Positions 38,301-52,991 of a DNA stretch of 64,000 nucleotides are shown here, piece after piece (positions within the stretch are counted from its first letter, which is position 1; the number at the start of each line of letters is the position of its first letter). A program made the translations under genes and the position numbers. This stretch comes from Prorocentrum cordatum. Its lineage: Eukaryota. The stretch is taken from contig CAUYUJ010000092.1 in NCBI GenBank assembly GCA_963575745.1, forward strand, positions 248,001 to 312,000, given 5' to 3'. The notes beneath the pieces are model-generated. The model had not been told where the DNA came from, did not search any database, and was given only the letters and a program-made list of their open reading frames with translations.

Positions 38301-40536
38301 CGCGCTGGAGGTTGGCAACGTGGATGACTCGCCTGACGCGTTCTGGGAGGAGGTCTCGGATGAGGTGGAGGACCCGACGGATGGCATGTTTGACGTGGAC
38401 ATGCAGGATGAGCTGGACAAGAAGCTCACCATGGAGCACCTGCAGAGCCTCCTGGACCATGGAGTCGGCGAGGACATCGCCAAGTCGGAGGCGAATGGGA
38501 TGAAGCACATCACCACGCGCTGGGAGAAGCAATGGAGATGAAAGCCAGCGTTGCAGGAGTGGCAGCGCAAGGTGCGGTTCGTCTGCCGCGAGTTCCGCTG
38601 GCAGGAATGGCGTGACGACCTGTTCACACCTGGATCGGCTCCGATCTCCAACAGGTTGGTCGACTTTGTGGCTCTCAAGCGCGGGTTCGAGGTGATGACG
38701 CTCGACGCGACGGATGCCTTCTACCAGGCCCCAGAGTACGAGGACGTGGTGGTTGACCCCCCGCAGGAGTACTTGGACATGCTCAGGGCGGAAGGCAAGG
38801 ACACGGAGATCTATTGGAAGTTGAAGAAGCAACTACCTGGGAGACGGACGGCAGCGCCAGGCTGGGTGGAGCACATGGCGGGCATCCTCACAGACGAGAT
38901 GCAGATGACCAGATGCGAGGTGGCGCCGCAGTTCTTCTACAACCCTGAGACGGAGGTGGTGGTTGAGCTGCACATGGACGACTTGCACATGGCTGGATCC
39001 AAGGAGGCGCTGGAGGGCTTCCGCGATGAGCTGAAGCAGCATGTGACCTTCAGCGGCGGGGAAATCCACGAGTACGGCACCACCTACGAGCACCTGAAGA
39101 GGCTGAGGACGAGGTACGAGCACGGCACAGAGCTGCAGGCCAACCCGAAGTACCTCGATTACGTGGTGGAGACCCTCAACCTCGGCGGCCCCAACACGGC
39201 TCCCACTCCTGGAGTGCCAGCACACAAGGCGCTCATGGGGAGCACTCCTACTCTCTCTCAGCAGCAGGCTGGCGTCTACCGCTCATGCGTGGGGGCGCTG
39301 ATGTACTACGTCCAGGACAGGGCGGACTGCCAGTACGAGGTCAGCTTGCTGGGCAGGATGCTATCAGGCCCCACCGTCGGCGCCTTCACTGCGCTCAAGA
39401 GGCTCGTGAGATACCTGCTTGGGACGAGGAACGCGGTGAACTGGCTACCGAGACCGACGGAGGGCACGAACGTGGAGCTAGTGGGCTTTGGTGACAGCGA
39501 CTGGGCAGGCGACTTGCAGACGAGGAGGTCCCAGTCGAGCGGCAAGATCGAGATCGATGGTGTTCCCATGCACTCGTTCAGCAGGCGCCAGAGCATCGTG
39601 GCCACTAGCTCAGGAGTTGCTGAGTACTATGCGGCGACGGCGGTCGCCGAGGATTTGCTCTACTTCAAGTCACTTCTTGAGTTCATGGGCTTCACGGTGG
39701 CAGCCACCCTGCTGACGGATTCGTCAGCTGCGCGAGGCATTGCCCGACGTGAAGGAGTTGGTAAGGTGCGGAGTCTTGAGGCTCGAGTTCTTTGGCTTCA
39801 GCAGGCGATCAAGAGGAAGCTGATGGACCTCGGGACTGTCGGCACCGACGACAACAAAGCGGACCTGGGCACGAAGATCCTTGGACACGATCGCTTCGTC
39901 AAGCTCAGGACGCTCAACGGCATCTACACGGACATGGGCCAGGTCGCGGAGAGTAACCATCAGTCGGAGGAGGTGGACTTCGACGTGGGGGCGGCAGCAC
40001 GGGTCAGGAGCTCGAGAACTTCTACGAGCTCACTCGGTGCTAGTCGCTCGGCGGCCCTGGCTATGATCACAGCGGCGGCGACGCTCCTGCAGGGCTGCGA
40101 GGGCCAGGTCGCCGACCAGAGCAACTACTACTACGACACGGAGGTCTGCTCCAGGGATGGCATGGCCACGAGCGACTGGACAGGTTTCCTGATGATGGTG
40201 GCTGTCTGGACACTGATCGTGGCGGCCATCAGCGGCTACGCGGGGTTCCGCTACGCCAGCATGCGGGACTCGGACTGGGTCCTGGTCTCGCCCGAGCCCA
40301 ATGAGATGACAGAGGAGACCACCCACACAGACAAGATGGAGGATCCGCTTCCAGGCGTGCCAGCCTCACTGGTTATGATGCGACCGAGTCAGCCTACCAG
40401 GAACGTGAGCACGCAGTCCCAGATGACCTACAAGTGGAAGTGGGCGGTCCCTCGATTCCAACCAGTCCAGGACCACGCGCACGGTGCCTTCCTTGAAGTG
40501 CGTGTGGACAAGGCCAAGGGACTTCTTTTGAACTGA
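35308..40536 (+). CDS. copia Gag-Pol polyprotein with a single in-frame TGA at 38539-38541
   Basis: CCHC knuckle CGYCGKWGHKRADC, protease LIDSGS, integrase HLPAAPWCEEC / YDF / RTD / E, RT LDATDAFYQ and LHMDD, RNase H GDSDWAG / AEYYA / TDS / NKADLGTK. ORFs 35296..38541 and 38551..40536 are in the same frame. Confidence 0.93.
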
Positions 40537-40842
40537 CAGTGAATGAGGCTCAGTCGATAGGACCTTGAGCGGCTGCGCCTTGCCTTGAGCCGTTCTGTTT
40601 TCTCTTCTTTTCTCCTCCTGCCATCATGCTTAATATCAGAGTTTCGAGCTATTTCTTTCCCTTGGAAGTTGAGTTGAGCTTGCTGACCAGCCAGCGAAGT
40701 TTGAGTTCTTTGCTGGGCAGAGTTTCAGTTGTTCGTTTCTTTAGCCTGAGGGACGCCTCAGCAGGTCTTTTGGGGGACGCCCCACCGTGACAAGTTTTCG
40801 GGAGTCAGTTGAAAGCTCGACTCAGTGGGTAGCCAAGCTTCC

Positions 40843-40851
40843 AAGGGGGCG
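40843..40851 (+). promoter_or_regulatory. polypurine tract
   Basis: AAGGGGGCG directly before the 3' LTR. Confidence 0.75.
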
Positions 40852-40982
40852 TGTTGTAGATTGTATTTGCTGGGGTCAGGGACCCCCGTGTGCAGGAGTC
40901 AGCATGTTAGGGCAGAGAGGGAGCAAGCACTGCAGGTCCTTTGGCTTCGAGGGTTGAGAAGAAAAGCCTCGATATTGCTACA
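40852..40982 (+). repeat. 3' LTR
   Basis: Matches the 5' LTR except G>A (gagaggaaaa versus gagaagaaaa). Confidence 0.97.
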
Positions 40983-40989
40983 GAAACTC

Positions 40990-43700
40990 GCGCCAACGAA
41001 AAACATCATTCGGGGGATGAAGTCGAGAACGCCGGCGCCGAGAGAGGCCGTCGCCGCGGGGCGCGCCGCGTCTGACGCTAGTAGTAGCTGCCCGATCGCG
41101 GCGCAGGCGGAGCCGAAGTGACGAGTCGCGAGCGAGGGCGACAGCAGTCGAAGAGAAAGTCATCTCCACTGCGCGAGCCCCGCTCAGGGAGATGCCGTGA
41201 ACATGTGAAATATAACTGCTGGCAACTGTGGCTTCCAGTCGCATCACGTCCATTCCCCCCGCCGTCGGCGCCCCCCCGAGGCGGCGGCGGCCCGCCGCGG
41301 ACTCCCGTCCACAGGATAATGCATTACACAAGAAACCGGCGGGCGAGCAGCCAATCAAGCGGAGATACAGTTAAGCCCCGCGCGGCCACGCGTGGGGAGC
41401 GCCCCACACGCCTGAGCCCACAAGGCATTGGTCAGGCAGTCCGGGCGCTCCAAGAAATCTCGCATCCTGGCAATACAGCGGTCCAGAGCATGACCTTCAA
41501 GCCCAAGGAGCACGCCCAGACTGGAGAACCTGGCCTTGTTGCCAGCCGCGACGCATGCCTTCAGCACGGGGCACAGAGCCTTTTCGTCAGCTCTGGTCAG
41601 CGGCACCGCCGCCTTGGAAGGGCCGCTGCCAACGTACCGCGGCATGTGCCATCGAGACATGATATCACCGAAGTCGTCGAGAGCTGCGGCCCGGTCGTTC
41701 CGCTTCGCAGGAAGAGCCACGCTCATGCGCATCTTCGGATGTGTAATGTCAGCTGCCAAGATTGTCCCCAGCGTGTCGTAGTGCTGCGGATCGAAGAGGT
41801 CTGTAGGCTCCACGGCCCGCCCCCACAAGATGGTATTGGAAAACCAATGCCGCCGCACGATCCGAGCGAGCACGCCCTCATACTGCAACCCCGCGTCGAA
41901 AAGAAACGCCACAGGTTGCCCAGCGCCGCTATTGAGAAGCTTCATGCGGTGCAGGATCCTCTAGCCCCTAGTATGGAGGCAGCGTAGCGCGCCTACCGCT
42001 TGATCGAAGACGCGCAAAATACACCGGCCACGACGAACCAAACGAATCCAACGAAACGTAACGACGCAACTGACTAGGACCCTCTGCCGCAGCTTCGTGA
42101 CCCCAAATTGCAAGGCGGATCAACAATGCAACATGGCGACGAGAACCAGCGGTGAGCAGTGCGCACCCCGCAGGGCCGGTACCCTTTGCCGCCGGGCTCT
42201 GACTCAGCTTTACATTATTATCCAACAGAACGTGTTTGACGACGAAACCGTTTCGGCACAGTTCGCAGAGGGAAACATGAGGATGACTCAGAAATGTCAA
42301 CAGACGAGAAAGATAAGGCGAAGTCGGTAGGACGATCAACCGCGAAAACCCAACGCCAATCCATTATCCCGCTGCCCTCCTCCGTGATTTCCTCCGCCCT
42401 CCTCGCTCCCCGCCCCCTATTGCTCTCCTTCCTCCTCCTCCTCCTCATCTTTGCCCCTCATTACCGTTCAACCGCCCTTCCTCTCGCGGTGCAAGATACC
42501 GGGGATCACGAAACACTCCGATCATGACCCATCCTCTCTTAGCTAACCCCCTGGTTGCCTGGGGCGGGGAACATCGGCGGCACTCCCCGTAGTCCTGACA
42601 ATGGGATCGAGGAACTGCTCGAAGGCCGCCTCGCCCTCGCCAGCGCCGCCCACCGGCGGCCCGTGCAGCAGTCCTCGAGGGCCGAGGCTCGCCAAAGTAG
42701 TAATCTGATCGCCCTTGGTTTTCAAATGCGGGCTGGTGAGACCAGGGCACCCATCCAAAATCATAATCTGTCCGTCGTACCTCAAGTTCTCATCTGTCAG
42801 AGCCAAGATCTTATCATCCAGGCCGTACTTCGCGAAAGCGTACACAAACTCTTGCAATGTCTCGTCGCTCACCAACGCATTGAAAATCGAAGTGGCGCCC
42901 GTAATATCTGAGATCCTAGAGCCAGATCCGGACGGCCGCACAATTTGGTTGATAGACCACCTCTCCAATAACCACACGCGCAGTGTTGCAAAGCATGGAT
43001 CCCGAGCAAAATGACAGAACAGAGTCACCACAAATCCGCCCCCGACTCCACGTCAAGCCGCGGCGCATTGGATCCAACGTCGACTGGTGAGAACAACAGC
43101 AAAGGCGGAGTCTAAAAGCAACATAAACAAATCAACGCAATATTTTCATGGTTTTTCTCAGTGAGCATTTTTTGTTTTTACCCACGTGCACATGCAGACC
43201 GCCAGAAATATTCCACCACTGCATATCGCGCGGCAACGCAAACAGCGGAAGTCTGCCGCAAGCACTTGAATAAGTAAGTGTGCCAAGTGTTCTTCCACCG
43301 AACAGCGTCTGGGTACATTCCAACTATATCATCATCTTGAACATAAAGTGCACGTCCACAAGTGTGGCAATGCTCCCTCACAATGATCATGGATCTAGGG
43401 AGCGGCTCTGCTAATACATGCCGGACGCCCACAACGCTCCAGCGGACGGGCGTGCCCTTGCAGACCCGAGAATGTTCCCCGCGTGCGACCCAAGGGCACA
43501 CTGTTACCTCATCCACAGCAGAAGCCGAACTGGTCCCCCCGAGCTGCTCCAACCTTAGAAGCTCCCGGATAAAGCAACGAAGAAAACACAAACAGAGCAA
43601 CTCAAACCGAAACCTGGACGTACGAACCCACAAAATGTTTCGCGACAAACGCCGCGACCCCCTCCCCCCCCGGAGAAACAACAACTTCTATGGAACCACC
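40990..43700 (-). pseudogene. degraded protein-coding relic, possibly a DDE transposase (KDZ/Zisupton- or Mutator-like) with an upstream Cys cluster
   Basis: Co-oriented, complex coding-like pieces: EHCHTCGRALY (43178..43684), YDGQIMILDGC...TLASLGPRG...AADVP (42543..43031), AGSRRHV (41968..42339), 41355..41945 and 40978..41358. Family assignment is by loose motif spacing only. Confidence 0.3.
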
Positions 43701-45235
43701 TAGCCAGACTTCCCGAGCCGCGCCCAACCGCGGCCGCGAGAACCACAACGAAAATATACATCAACACAGAAAGCCAAAACCGAACTCGATTCGAGACCAC
43801 GCCCGCGGCGACGAGTCCGCGTGTGCGTGTATGTGCGTGTGTGTGTGTGTGTGTGCGTGCGTGCGTCACAAACTGCCGCTCTGTGCGCGTCCGTTGATGC
43901 TCTGATTGACCGCGCGGGCGTAAACCCTGGAGCTTCGCCGACGCACCTCGGGTGGCGCCCAGGCAAAATATATTATGTTTCTTGTGTACGTATGTGTGTG
44001 TATCGTGTGTGTGCGTGTGTGTGTGTGTATCATGTTTGTGTGTGTGCGTGTGCGTGTGTGTGTATCGTGTATGTGTGTGCGTGAGTTTGTGAGTGTTTGT
44101 GAGTGCGTGCGTGCGTGTGTGTGTTTGTGTTATATGCGTGTGTGTGGTGTATGCCCGCGTGTGTGTGTCCGCGTCTGGCCCCTCGATTTCTCCTCGGCGC
44201 CACTTCGCACGAAACCCTGACGAAGCCGCCAATCGAAAACACCTGCGCGCTTTCACTTTGGACAACAAATGATGAAAGTGGCCACGCTGCATCCACACAG
44301 AATTCTCCTAACTGCGTCCATCCGTAGCGACGCAAACACCCGGATACCCGCGCCCGCAGATCGGACGTCGGCCGGGCGACGCCACGCACCAACTCACACT
44401 GCCCTCAGCCGGAGTTCGGATAGTCAGCCAGAGACCACCTAAGGCGCGTGCACGTCAAATGAAAGAGCCGCTGGTACATACGAATCACCCGATGGAGCCC
44501 AACCGCCTGAATATAGAATGCGCCAGTATACGCGGCAGACCAGGCACTGACAAGCCAATGAACATCAAACCCCCAACACCACTGGAAGTCTCCCTGGAAG
44601 TCTTAGTGCTACAGCCCCCGATGCATCCCTCCCCCTCTTAACCTCTTCACTTCCGAACCCCCAGGACCTGCCCATGGCCTTTAACCTCATATAGCTCATC
44701 CGACCTGCTCTGACTCTCTCCCCCATCCAGACATATACCCTCTGCTCGTGCGCAGCTTCAAAAAAAGCCACGCCGAACGGCAAGCCATTACTGAACCGGA
44801 TGAGCCTCGGTTACGGAACATGGGAACTGTAAACTACTAGCATGAGGACAGAAAATAATGTTGGGCAGCCAAGCACTGGGAACCGCAGTAATGGAAACAA
44901 GGGGGACGCAATGATGACACATCTGCAAATCAGTGCTCGTCAGTGCCCAAATCCCCCGGGTATTCAAAATGAGGATTGCATTCGCGTCCCATGCCTTTGA
45001 GCGAACGGCACTCACTAGCAGGCAGCCGCACGAATGCAGACACTCCAGAATCGTATCGTAGGAAAAAAACAGCGTCTGCAGCAGCATCGTGCACGATAGA
45101 TTCGCACAGTCCCAGAGAGCCGCACGCTTGCACACGAACCACATGGTAGAAACGGCGCCCTGGGCACGGCGCATTGATTTGAATTATCCCAGTGCGACCC
45201 TACCTAGGACTTGGAGCCCCTAGGAAAGCAGCATA

Positions 45236-45585
45236 GGCTAAGCTAAGCTAAGCTAAGCTAGAATAACTAAGCTAAGCTAAGCTAAGCTATAATGAGATAA
45301 ACTAAGCAAAGCTAAGTTAGGCCAGGCTAGGCTAAGCTAAGTTAAGCTAAGCTAGAGTAAGATGATATGAGCTAAGCTAAGCCTAGCGAAGCTAAGCTAA
45401 GGTACGATAAGATAAGCTAAGCTAAGCTAAGATGAGATAAGCTAAGCTACGCTCAGCTAGGCTAAGCTAAGCTAAGCTAAGCTAAGATAAGCTAGGCTAG
45501 GCCAAGCTAAGCAAAGCAAAGCTAAGCTAAGCGAAGCTAAGATGAGATAAGCAAAGCTAAGCTAAGATAAGCTGAGCTAAGCTAA
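45236..45585. repeat. (AAGCT)n pentamer satellite
   Basis: Direct observation. Confidence 0.95.
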
Positions 45586-47079
45586 ACTCACCCAGACGGC
45601 GCAACTGGGGGAACCGCGGAGCGGGAACTGGGGGAACCGCCCGGAGCGGATCCCACTGCCCGGCCCCTTTAAGCAAATAGACCAAGCCTCAAGAAAGCAT
45701 TGAAACCAGTATCTAATTGCCGAATTTTCCATCGTCCAATGAAACCACGGGCGCGATACTTCTTGATCACGACGCCGAACACGTCGTCGCTCTCCAATTG
45801 AAGATGCCAGTCTGGCCGAACGAATTCCCACCACGAGTCTACATCTGAAGCAGCGTGTCCTCTTGAATGCCGAATACTAACGCCCCCCCATGTCCTCGTC
45901 CTCATAACCCTCAATATGTTCCCTCTCCTTCCCCTGCCGTCCCCCATTTTGACAATTTTCCTCCATCTGCCCATTCCCTTCTAATCGCAATCAGCAGCTA
46001 AACAACCTACTTATGATGAGCAACTCTCACCCATCCGCTCGACGTCCCCTGAGGTAACGCTCAGCGCGCAACCTGGCACAATAATCACACCGAAATTCGT
46101 GACATTTTCGTTGCGTCTTGAACTATGGTGCACGTGATTTTCTCCGACCTGTGCTCGAGAACTTGCTCGCGCCCCCGTGCCCCCCCCTTGCCCTACAATC
46201 TGAAGAACCAAGATGACCCGTCCACACGAGGTTGTCTGAACTGATTTGGAGAAAGCGCTTTGACAACATCATGGCGCCGAAATTCGTGACATTACCCTTG
46301 CGTCTTGAACTGTTTGAATTTCGTAGTATCCGTGGCGCGGTCCGAGACACTTTCGCACGGCGGGGCAATTATTCCGATCCATCGCCGCCCAAAATATTCG
46401 ACGCCGAACGCTGGTGAATTACATTGATATCGCCCTCCCCCTTATTCTTCCCATAATATCCTCCTCCTCCTCCTCCGCATCTTCCCCTCCTCTAATCGCG
46501 TTCGGCAACTCAAGAATATCTACGAGATGGGGCTGAGAACTCTCGCGCGCGCCTGGGCTTGTTCCGATCCATCGCCGCCCGCAACATTCTGCGCTGAAAT
46601 ATTCAACGACTAAAGCAGGTGAATTACATCATTACTCGCCCCCCCCCCTTATCTTCCTCATAATCCTCCTCCTCCTCCTCCTCCTCATCCTCCTCCTCCT
46701 CCTCCCCCTCTTCCCTTCCCTACCCTAAATATAAGCAAATAACGAGCAGCGCACGAACCTGCAGTCCCACATGCCAACCAAATGTCAAGAACAAAACAAA
46801 CTGGCCTTCAATACCTGCGCCTTCAGCAGATGAACAATCCCCAAACGCAGTGAACAAGATATTCCGGATATTCTCCAATATATCCGGGGTAGCGCCAGTC
46901 GTGATCCGTTTGGAGAAGCCAAACGCTGCATTAGATGGCCGAGCTTATGCCGCTCCACAGTGCTCCAACACAGCCTCATCTCTCTTGCGGCTGCGCTTCG
47001 GCACAGCCAGTTCTGCCCGGAAGCGGAACCTGGGCATTCTTGCTATCACGCGTGCGCATACAAATTACTCCTCCACCTA

Positions 47080-47868
<789 letters not shown>

Positions 47869-50800
47869 CGTCTTGGATTTGCTTTCTCGCCACATCCTGA
47901 ACCCCCAGTGCCGAAAAGCTAAAGATTAACGCGCCGCTGCCAAGGAGCAATGTCACAAAGCACTAACGAATACAATTCCAGACGCTGTCATTGCAAGAAT
48001 TCCCAGAGAACCCAGACCGCCGCTTTCCCTTCGCAATGGCTCGACGCACACCTGTCGAGCTCGCCAAAGGTGACCGCTGCGACACTCTCTTCCGGACTGT
48101 CCCCTTCCACCTGCGATTGACGCGGACCCTCCCCTCTGGAATCGCAACTGAACCAGAGGATGCCTGCCCGATAACACGCCGACCACGTGGAAGCGGCCAC
48201 CAAAGTGTAAGACGCTGAACACCAGCCACACAAGCAAATTGTAACGCCCCCCCCCAAAGGAAACCATTCTCTTCCAAAGGTTTTTTGATCGGCATCCACC
48301 CCAACCCGGAAAAAGCGGCGGCGGTAAATCTCCAGCTGACTCGGACCTCAGAAACTAGCAATGCTGGTTGAGAGCTCGCTGGTCCAGAGAAAGGTCCCAC
48401 TCCTACCCGCCGGCCCCTGCAAAGCGACCACCCGGATTGTACAGCCTAGTTCCCCGCAACACAATTCTATGACATGCGATCCAACAGAAAATGTGTTGCA
48501 ATGCCAGTGCGATGCTAAGCCTCAATAGTGTACTGCGTTTTGCTATGATCGGCCCTCGGCCGATTCTCTCGACGAGCCCGACGAACTCATATACAGCATC
48601 TACGCGACCAAAAAATTCTCTTACTACATACTTGAAACCAATCTCCCTTTCATGAGTCACGGCGGATAAGCGCCAAGCGTTTGCAGGGGAGGAGCAGACA
48701 CAGCGGGCTCTTCGGTCACAGCCTCGACACCGCTGTCGCTGTCGCTGTAAAGGATTCCTCCGCGGCCTCCTCCTCTCGACAGCGCCAGAACTACTGAGCT
48801 CCCCCGACCGCGAGCCCTTCCTGTCGCAGGCGCTCGGGCACCTGCCCTAGCCCGGCCCCTGCCGCGACCTCGCCCTGCGGCTTGCGACGAGGCGGCTACA
48901 TCGCCCTGGCCGCAAGAAGTCCTCTTTTGGCCCCCCTCCATGCTCGAGCAACGAGTGTCCGACGAGAAACATTGCGTACAAACGCACAACCAACAGGAAC
49001 ATGCGAAGAATGCAATTGGCGATCACACGCAGTTCAATAATGATGCGAGGTCATAGGATATCTAACAATAATAACGTATACACGAATCCCACCAGCTCTC
49101 TAGGCATGGGTGATCTGATGAACTCTTGTAATCTCTCTTCCAAAGCTCCTCAGCCCCCTACTCGAGAGAAAGGTTTACCCTCTCCCACTACCCCCTCCCC
49201 TGAACCTGCAAGCGGAGAACGCCTGAGACGCTAGAGCACGCAAGATGGTCCAAGATGGCTCCAAGAGCACCCCAGAGAGCCCAATATAACCTCCAATACT
49301 GCCCAAGATACCTGGACATGGCTCAAGATACCCTCCGACATAACTGCAAGAACCTTCAAAACATATCCAAGACACTCCTTGATCAAGACGACTCGCCGGG
49401 CGAATCTGTTTCTGGATGAGCTGGTGTGGAGACGCGGAGCGTCCAGAATTCACTCTTGCCTGTTATCAACGAAACCGCGAGCAGACAACAACGAGTGCCA
49501 ACGCTCGTCGAGAAAGCATATTCACAGCACGGGACGCACACCCATGCCGATCTTGCAATTTGCATTGCCCTCAAAGAACTCCACACACTACAGACATGCC
49601 AAAACATACTACTCCCGCAACGTCGCTTAGCAACATTGCAATTGTTTCTGATGCGGTACGCATGGACGCCACACCAGTAAAGAATCAAATGCCCCTACAG
49701 AGCGACCGAACAATAACATCCACAAGCGGCAACGCGGCAACGAAAATGTCACGAATTTCGGCCCTCTAAAAAATGAAGAACATCAACGCGTTCGACACGC
49801 AATCATCACATGGCCCCGACAACGCAAGGATGGAGCAGCACGCAGTTTCCAGAACAAGTTAGAGGATCTACCACAGCGGCAACACGCAACAAGCATGTCA
49901 CAAGTCACGCCTCTCCAAACTCGCAACGAACATGCCACAAGTCACGGCTCTCCAAACTCTGAGCGGCAACGCGCTAGCGAGCAGCGATGGAAGCAAGAAG
50001 CAGCCATGATTCGCGACCCCAGACGTCCAATAAGTTAAATTGCTTCCACGAAGCAGGATGCGCAATCATCATCGCACTAAGAATCACTACCATGTACTTA
50101 TGCATAGAGCACAGCCTGCCGACAACCGAAGAACCATAACGAGGATGTCCTATCCTCTTCCTCCTCCTCCTCCTCCTCCTCCGCCTCTTCCCCCAACCCC
50201 CGCATCCCGCACGCGGCACGCGCGGGGCACGGGTGGAGGCACGAGCGGATCCGACATCTAAAACTACGCCTTGTGAAAGACGAGCCCGCCCCACAGGAAG
50301 AGGAATTCCACATCAGCAGGAGAAGCAGGACGCAGACGATAAGAAAACGGCCCCGGGATCCGACGGACGCCAGAAAGCCCACCCGCAGAGCGTACCCTTA
50401 GACTTCGGATCCGCTGGATAGCATTGCTCCTCCGCGTCCTCCCTCTAGCTTTTCCCTTCTTACTTTCATACTATGTACCTGCAGTCACGCCCCCTGCAGA
50501 GCGTACAAAATAACGCATACTGAAAACCACGCGCTCTTCCAGCATTCCCCCTCAAGGAGCTGGAAAGGTTGTAACAGCCGGTTCGGAAAGTGCTGGAGCC
50601 GTTTGGGAAGTCCTGAGCCGGGGAGCATTGCCCCACCAATCTGGATGAAACCATGTGGTTGCGTCGAGGCCCCCGGCATAAGAAGCTATAGCGCAGGTGG
50701 ACAGAGCACGCAGGAGGAGGGATGAGGATAAAGAAACGGAGGAGGGAGGAGAAAGGAAGGAGGCAGCAGGAAGGGAAGGAGGACCAGTGATTTGTTGACA

Positions 50801-52082
50801 ATGAAAACCCTTCTGATACTATTCAGCTGAGGCCTCCCGAGCCTCCTCAGGTCCCCAAGCAGCCTCAGAGAGCCCAAACGGAGCGTCACGACAACCCAAG
50901 AGATCGTCGAAACGGCCCATGGTACCCCCGAGCTAGCCGGCGAGATCCCCAAAACCCTGAGACCCTAAGGCCTGAAGAAAAGTAGACCATAAAACCTAAA
51001 ACTTTCGAGTCCACGCACCTCATGCAATTTGACACCGGTGCACTAAAACCTTAAGTCCCTGACACCCTTATCCCCCACCATGCCCCCTGGCACGTAGAAG
51101 CGTGCTAGAATGCCAAATGCTGCCTGGCGAGCTATCAGTAATCTTGCAAGAGACCCCCCCTCTACTCACACCTGCTCCCATGCATCGCGCCCCTCTTCCC
51201 GAGACTTTGTCCGCGCTCAGATATGTCGCTGGCGCTCTCTAAGGCATGCAAGGTGCCCAAGATGCTCTCCAAAACGAAATTGGAGACCATCGAAATCATC
51301 AGGATAGCCAAAGATATTTCCAAGACGGCCCAAGAGACACAAATGCAACACCAATCGCTCTCCAAGAGGACCCCAAAGAGAGCCAAAAGAGACAACAATC
51401 TTTGATTATTGTACGACTTTCTTTTCAAATGGTTCGGTTATTATTGCCTTTTCGATCTTCCAACGCTCAAATACGGCACCGATTGCTCCCAAAACCGCCC
51501 CAAGAGAATCCCAAAACAATCAAAAAGGCGCCCACACAGACCAAAGCAGCTCCAAATCGGCCCCAACAGAACCCCAGGAGGAAAAAACACCAATCGATAA
51601 TTGAAGCCTTCCTTCCGCCCGAAGAGCCCCCAAGACGCCCCAATATGCTTCGAAAAATATGCACCCGAAGTGCCCCAATGATGCCCCCGGACGACCCCAA
51701 ATAGGCCTCATAACCCCTTCGAACACACCCGAAAACTTCCAACGATATCCAAACGACCACCAACATCATCATCACCATCATCATTATCTTCATCCGCATC
51801 ATCATCACCATCATCTTTAGCAGCATCCGCATCATCACCATCATCACCATCAGCATTATCACCATCATCACCATCATCATTATCATTATCATCATTATCA
51901 TCATTACTATCATCACCATGGGTCTTGTGCGGGTGAGAAGGTCAAACGCTGCTCTTGGGAGCAGGAGATTGAAGCCAACGCAGCGATTATGATTGGATTC
52001 CTGATGTTTTCAGTGCCAGTGCCAGGCCCCAAGTAAGTGTCAGGGCAAGGAAGCAAGTAGGCGCAAACGACGCCAAGCAAGC

Positions 52083-52620
52083 TCACGAAGATGACGCCCG
52101 GGACCGTTTGCTGCGCTCTGCTCCCGTGGACGCCCTCGTCGCGAAGTGCGACCTTGGCCGCCCTTTGCCCCCAGCTCGGCTCACCGAGCCGGTCCGGTGA
52201 AGGCGCTGCCGCTCAGCAGCCGTCATGGCTCTTGTCTTGAATTGCGTCCTTTTGCGACGCGGAAGTGGGCGGCCAAACTCTGCTGCATCCTCTGCCCAAA
52301 TTAGCCCGGTGTCGCTGGGAACATATTCACTTTTTTGGGGCCACCGCACCCACCTGGGGAAGTTCTCGCAGCAGAACGCTTTGCCCGCCTTCTTGGCAAT
52401 TGCGTGCGTTTCCGCGGTGTAGTGGCAGCAGATACCTTTATGGTTCTTCCTGGATTTGGCGCCCCGGTATCCCTTATCTGCCGTAAAAAATGTCAACCGC
52501 TCAATGCTGCCATCTGCCTCGAGCGCCCTGCAAGTGCGCTCGATGTCATCTGTGATCTGATGCCGCGAAAAACGCGCCAAATCGTGCGTCGCGAAAGCAC
52601 CAATCCGCCACCGCGCCACT
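52083..52620 (-). CDS. C-terminal exon/fragment of a TET-associated glycosyltransferase-like protein
   Basis: TDDIERTCRALEADGSIERL...GICC...ENFPRWV resembles the EDxERS...DGxVxR...GG...FP pattern of TAGT/GREB1-like GT-A enzymes. Confidence 0.5.
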
Positions 52621-52627
52621 TGGCCGG

Positions 52628-52642
52628 CATCATCATCGTCAG

Positions 52643-52728
<86 letters not shown>

Positions 52729-52730
52729 GT

Positions 52731-52775
<45 letters not shown>

Positions 52776-52953
52776 GTAGTCGCCATCGTCATCATGGTCA
52801 TCATCAGCATCGTCATCATCGTCGTACCCGTCATTATAACCATCGTCAGCAGCAGCACCAGCAGCAGCGCCATAATCAGTATAATCACCTCCTCCTCCTC
52901 CTCCTCCTCTGCCTCCTCCTCATCATCATCCTCGTCGTCCTCCCGCTCAGCAC

Positions 52954-52991
<38 letters not shown>

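Larger units (their letters stand above)
35097..40982 (+). mobile_element. full-length Ty1/copia LTR retrotransposon, recent insertion
   Basis: 131-bp TG...CA LTRs differing at one position, 5-bp TSD GAAAC (35092-35096 / 40983-40987), PBS, PPT, and domain order gag-PR-INT-RT-RH. Confidence 0.97.

Noticed and set aside
50485..50679. Possible TET/JBP dioxygenase C-terminus
   Set aside because: The conserved HxD, H and R residues could not be placed convincingly.
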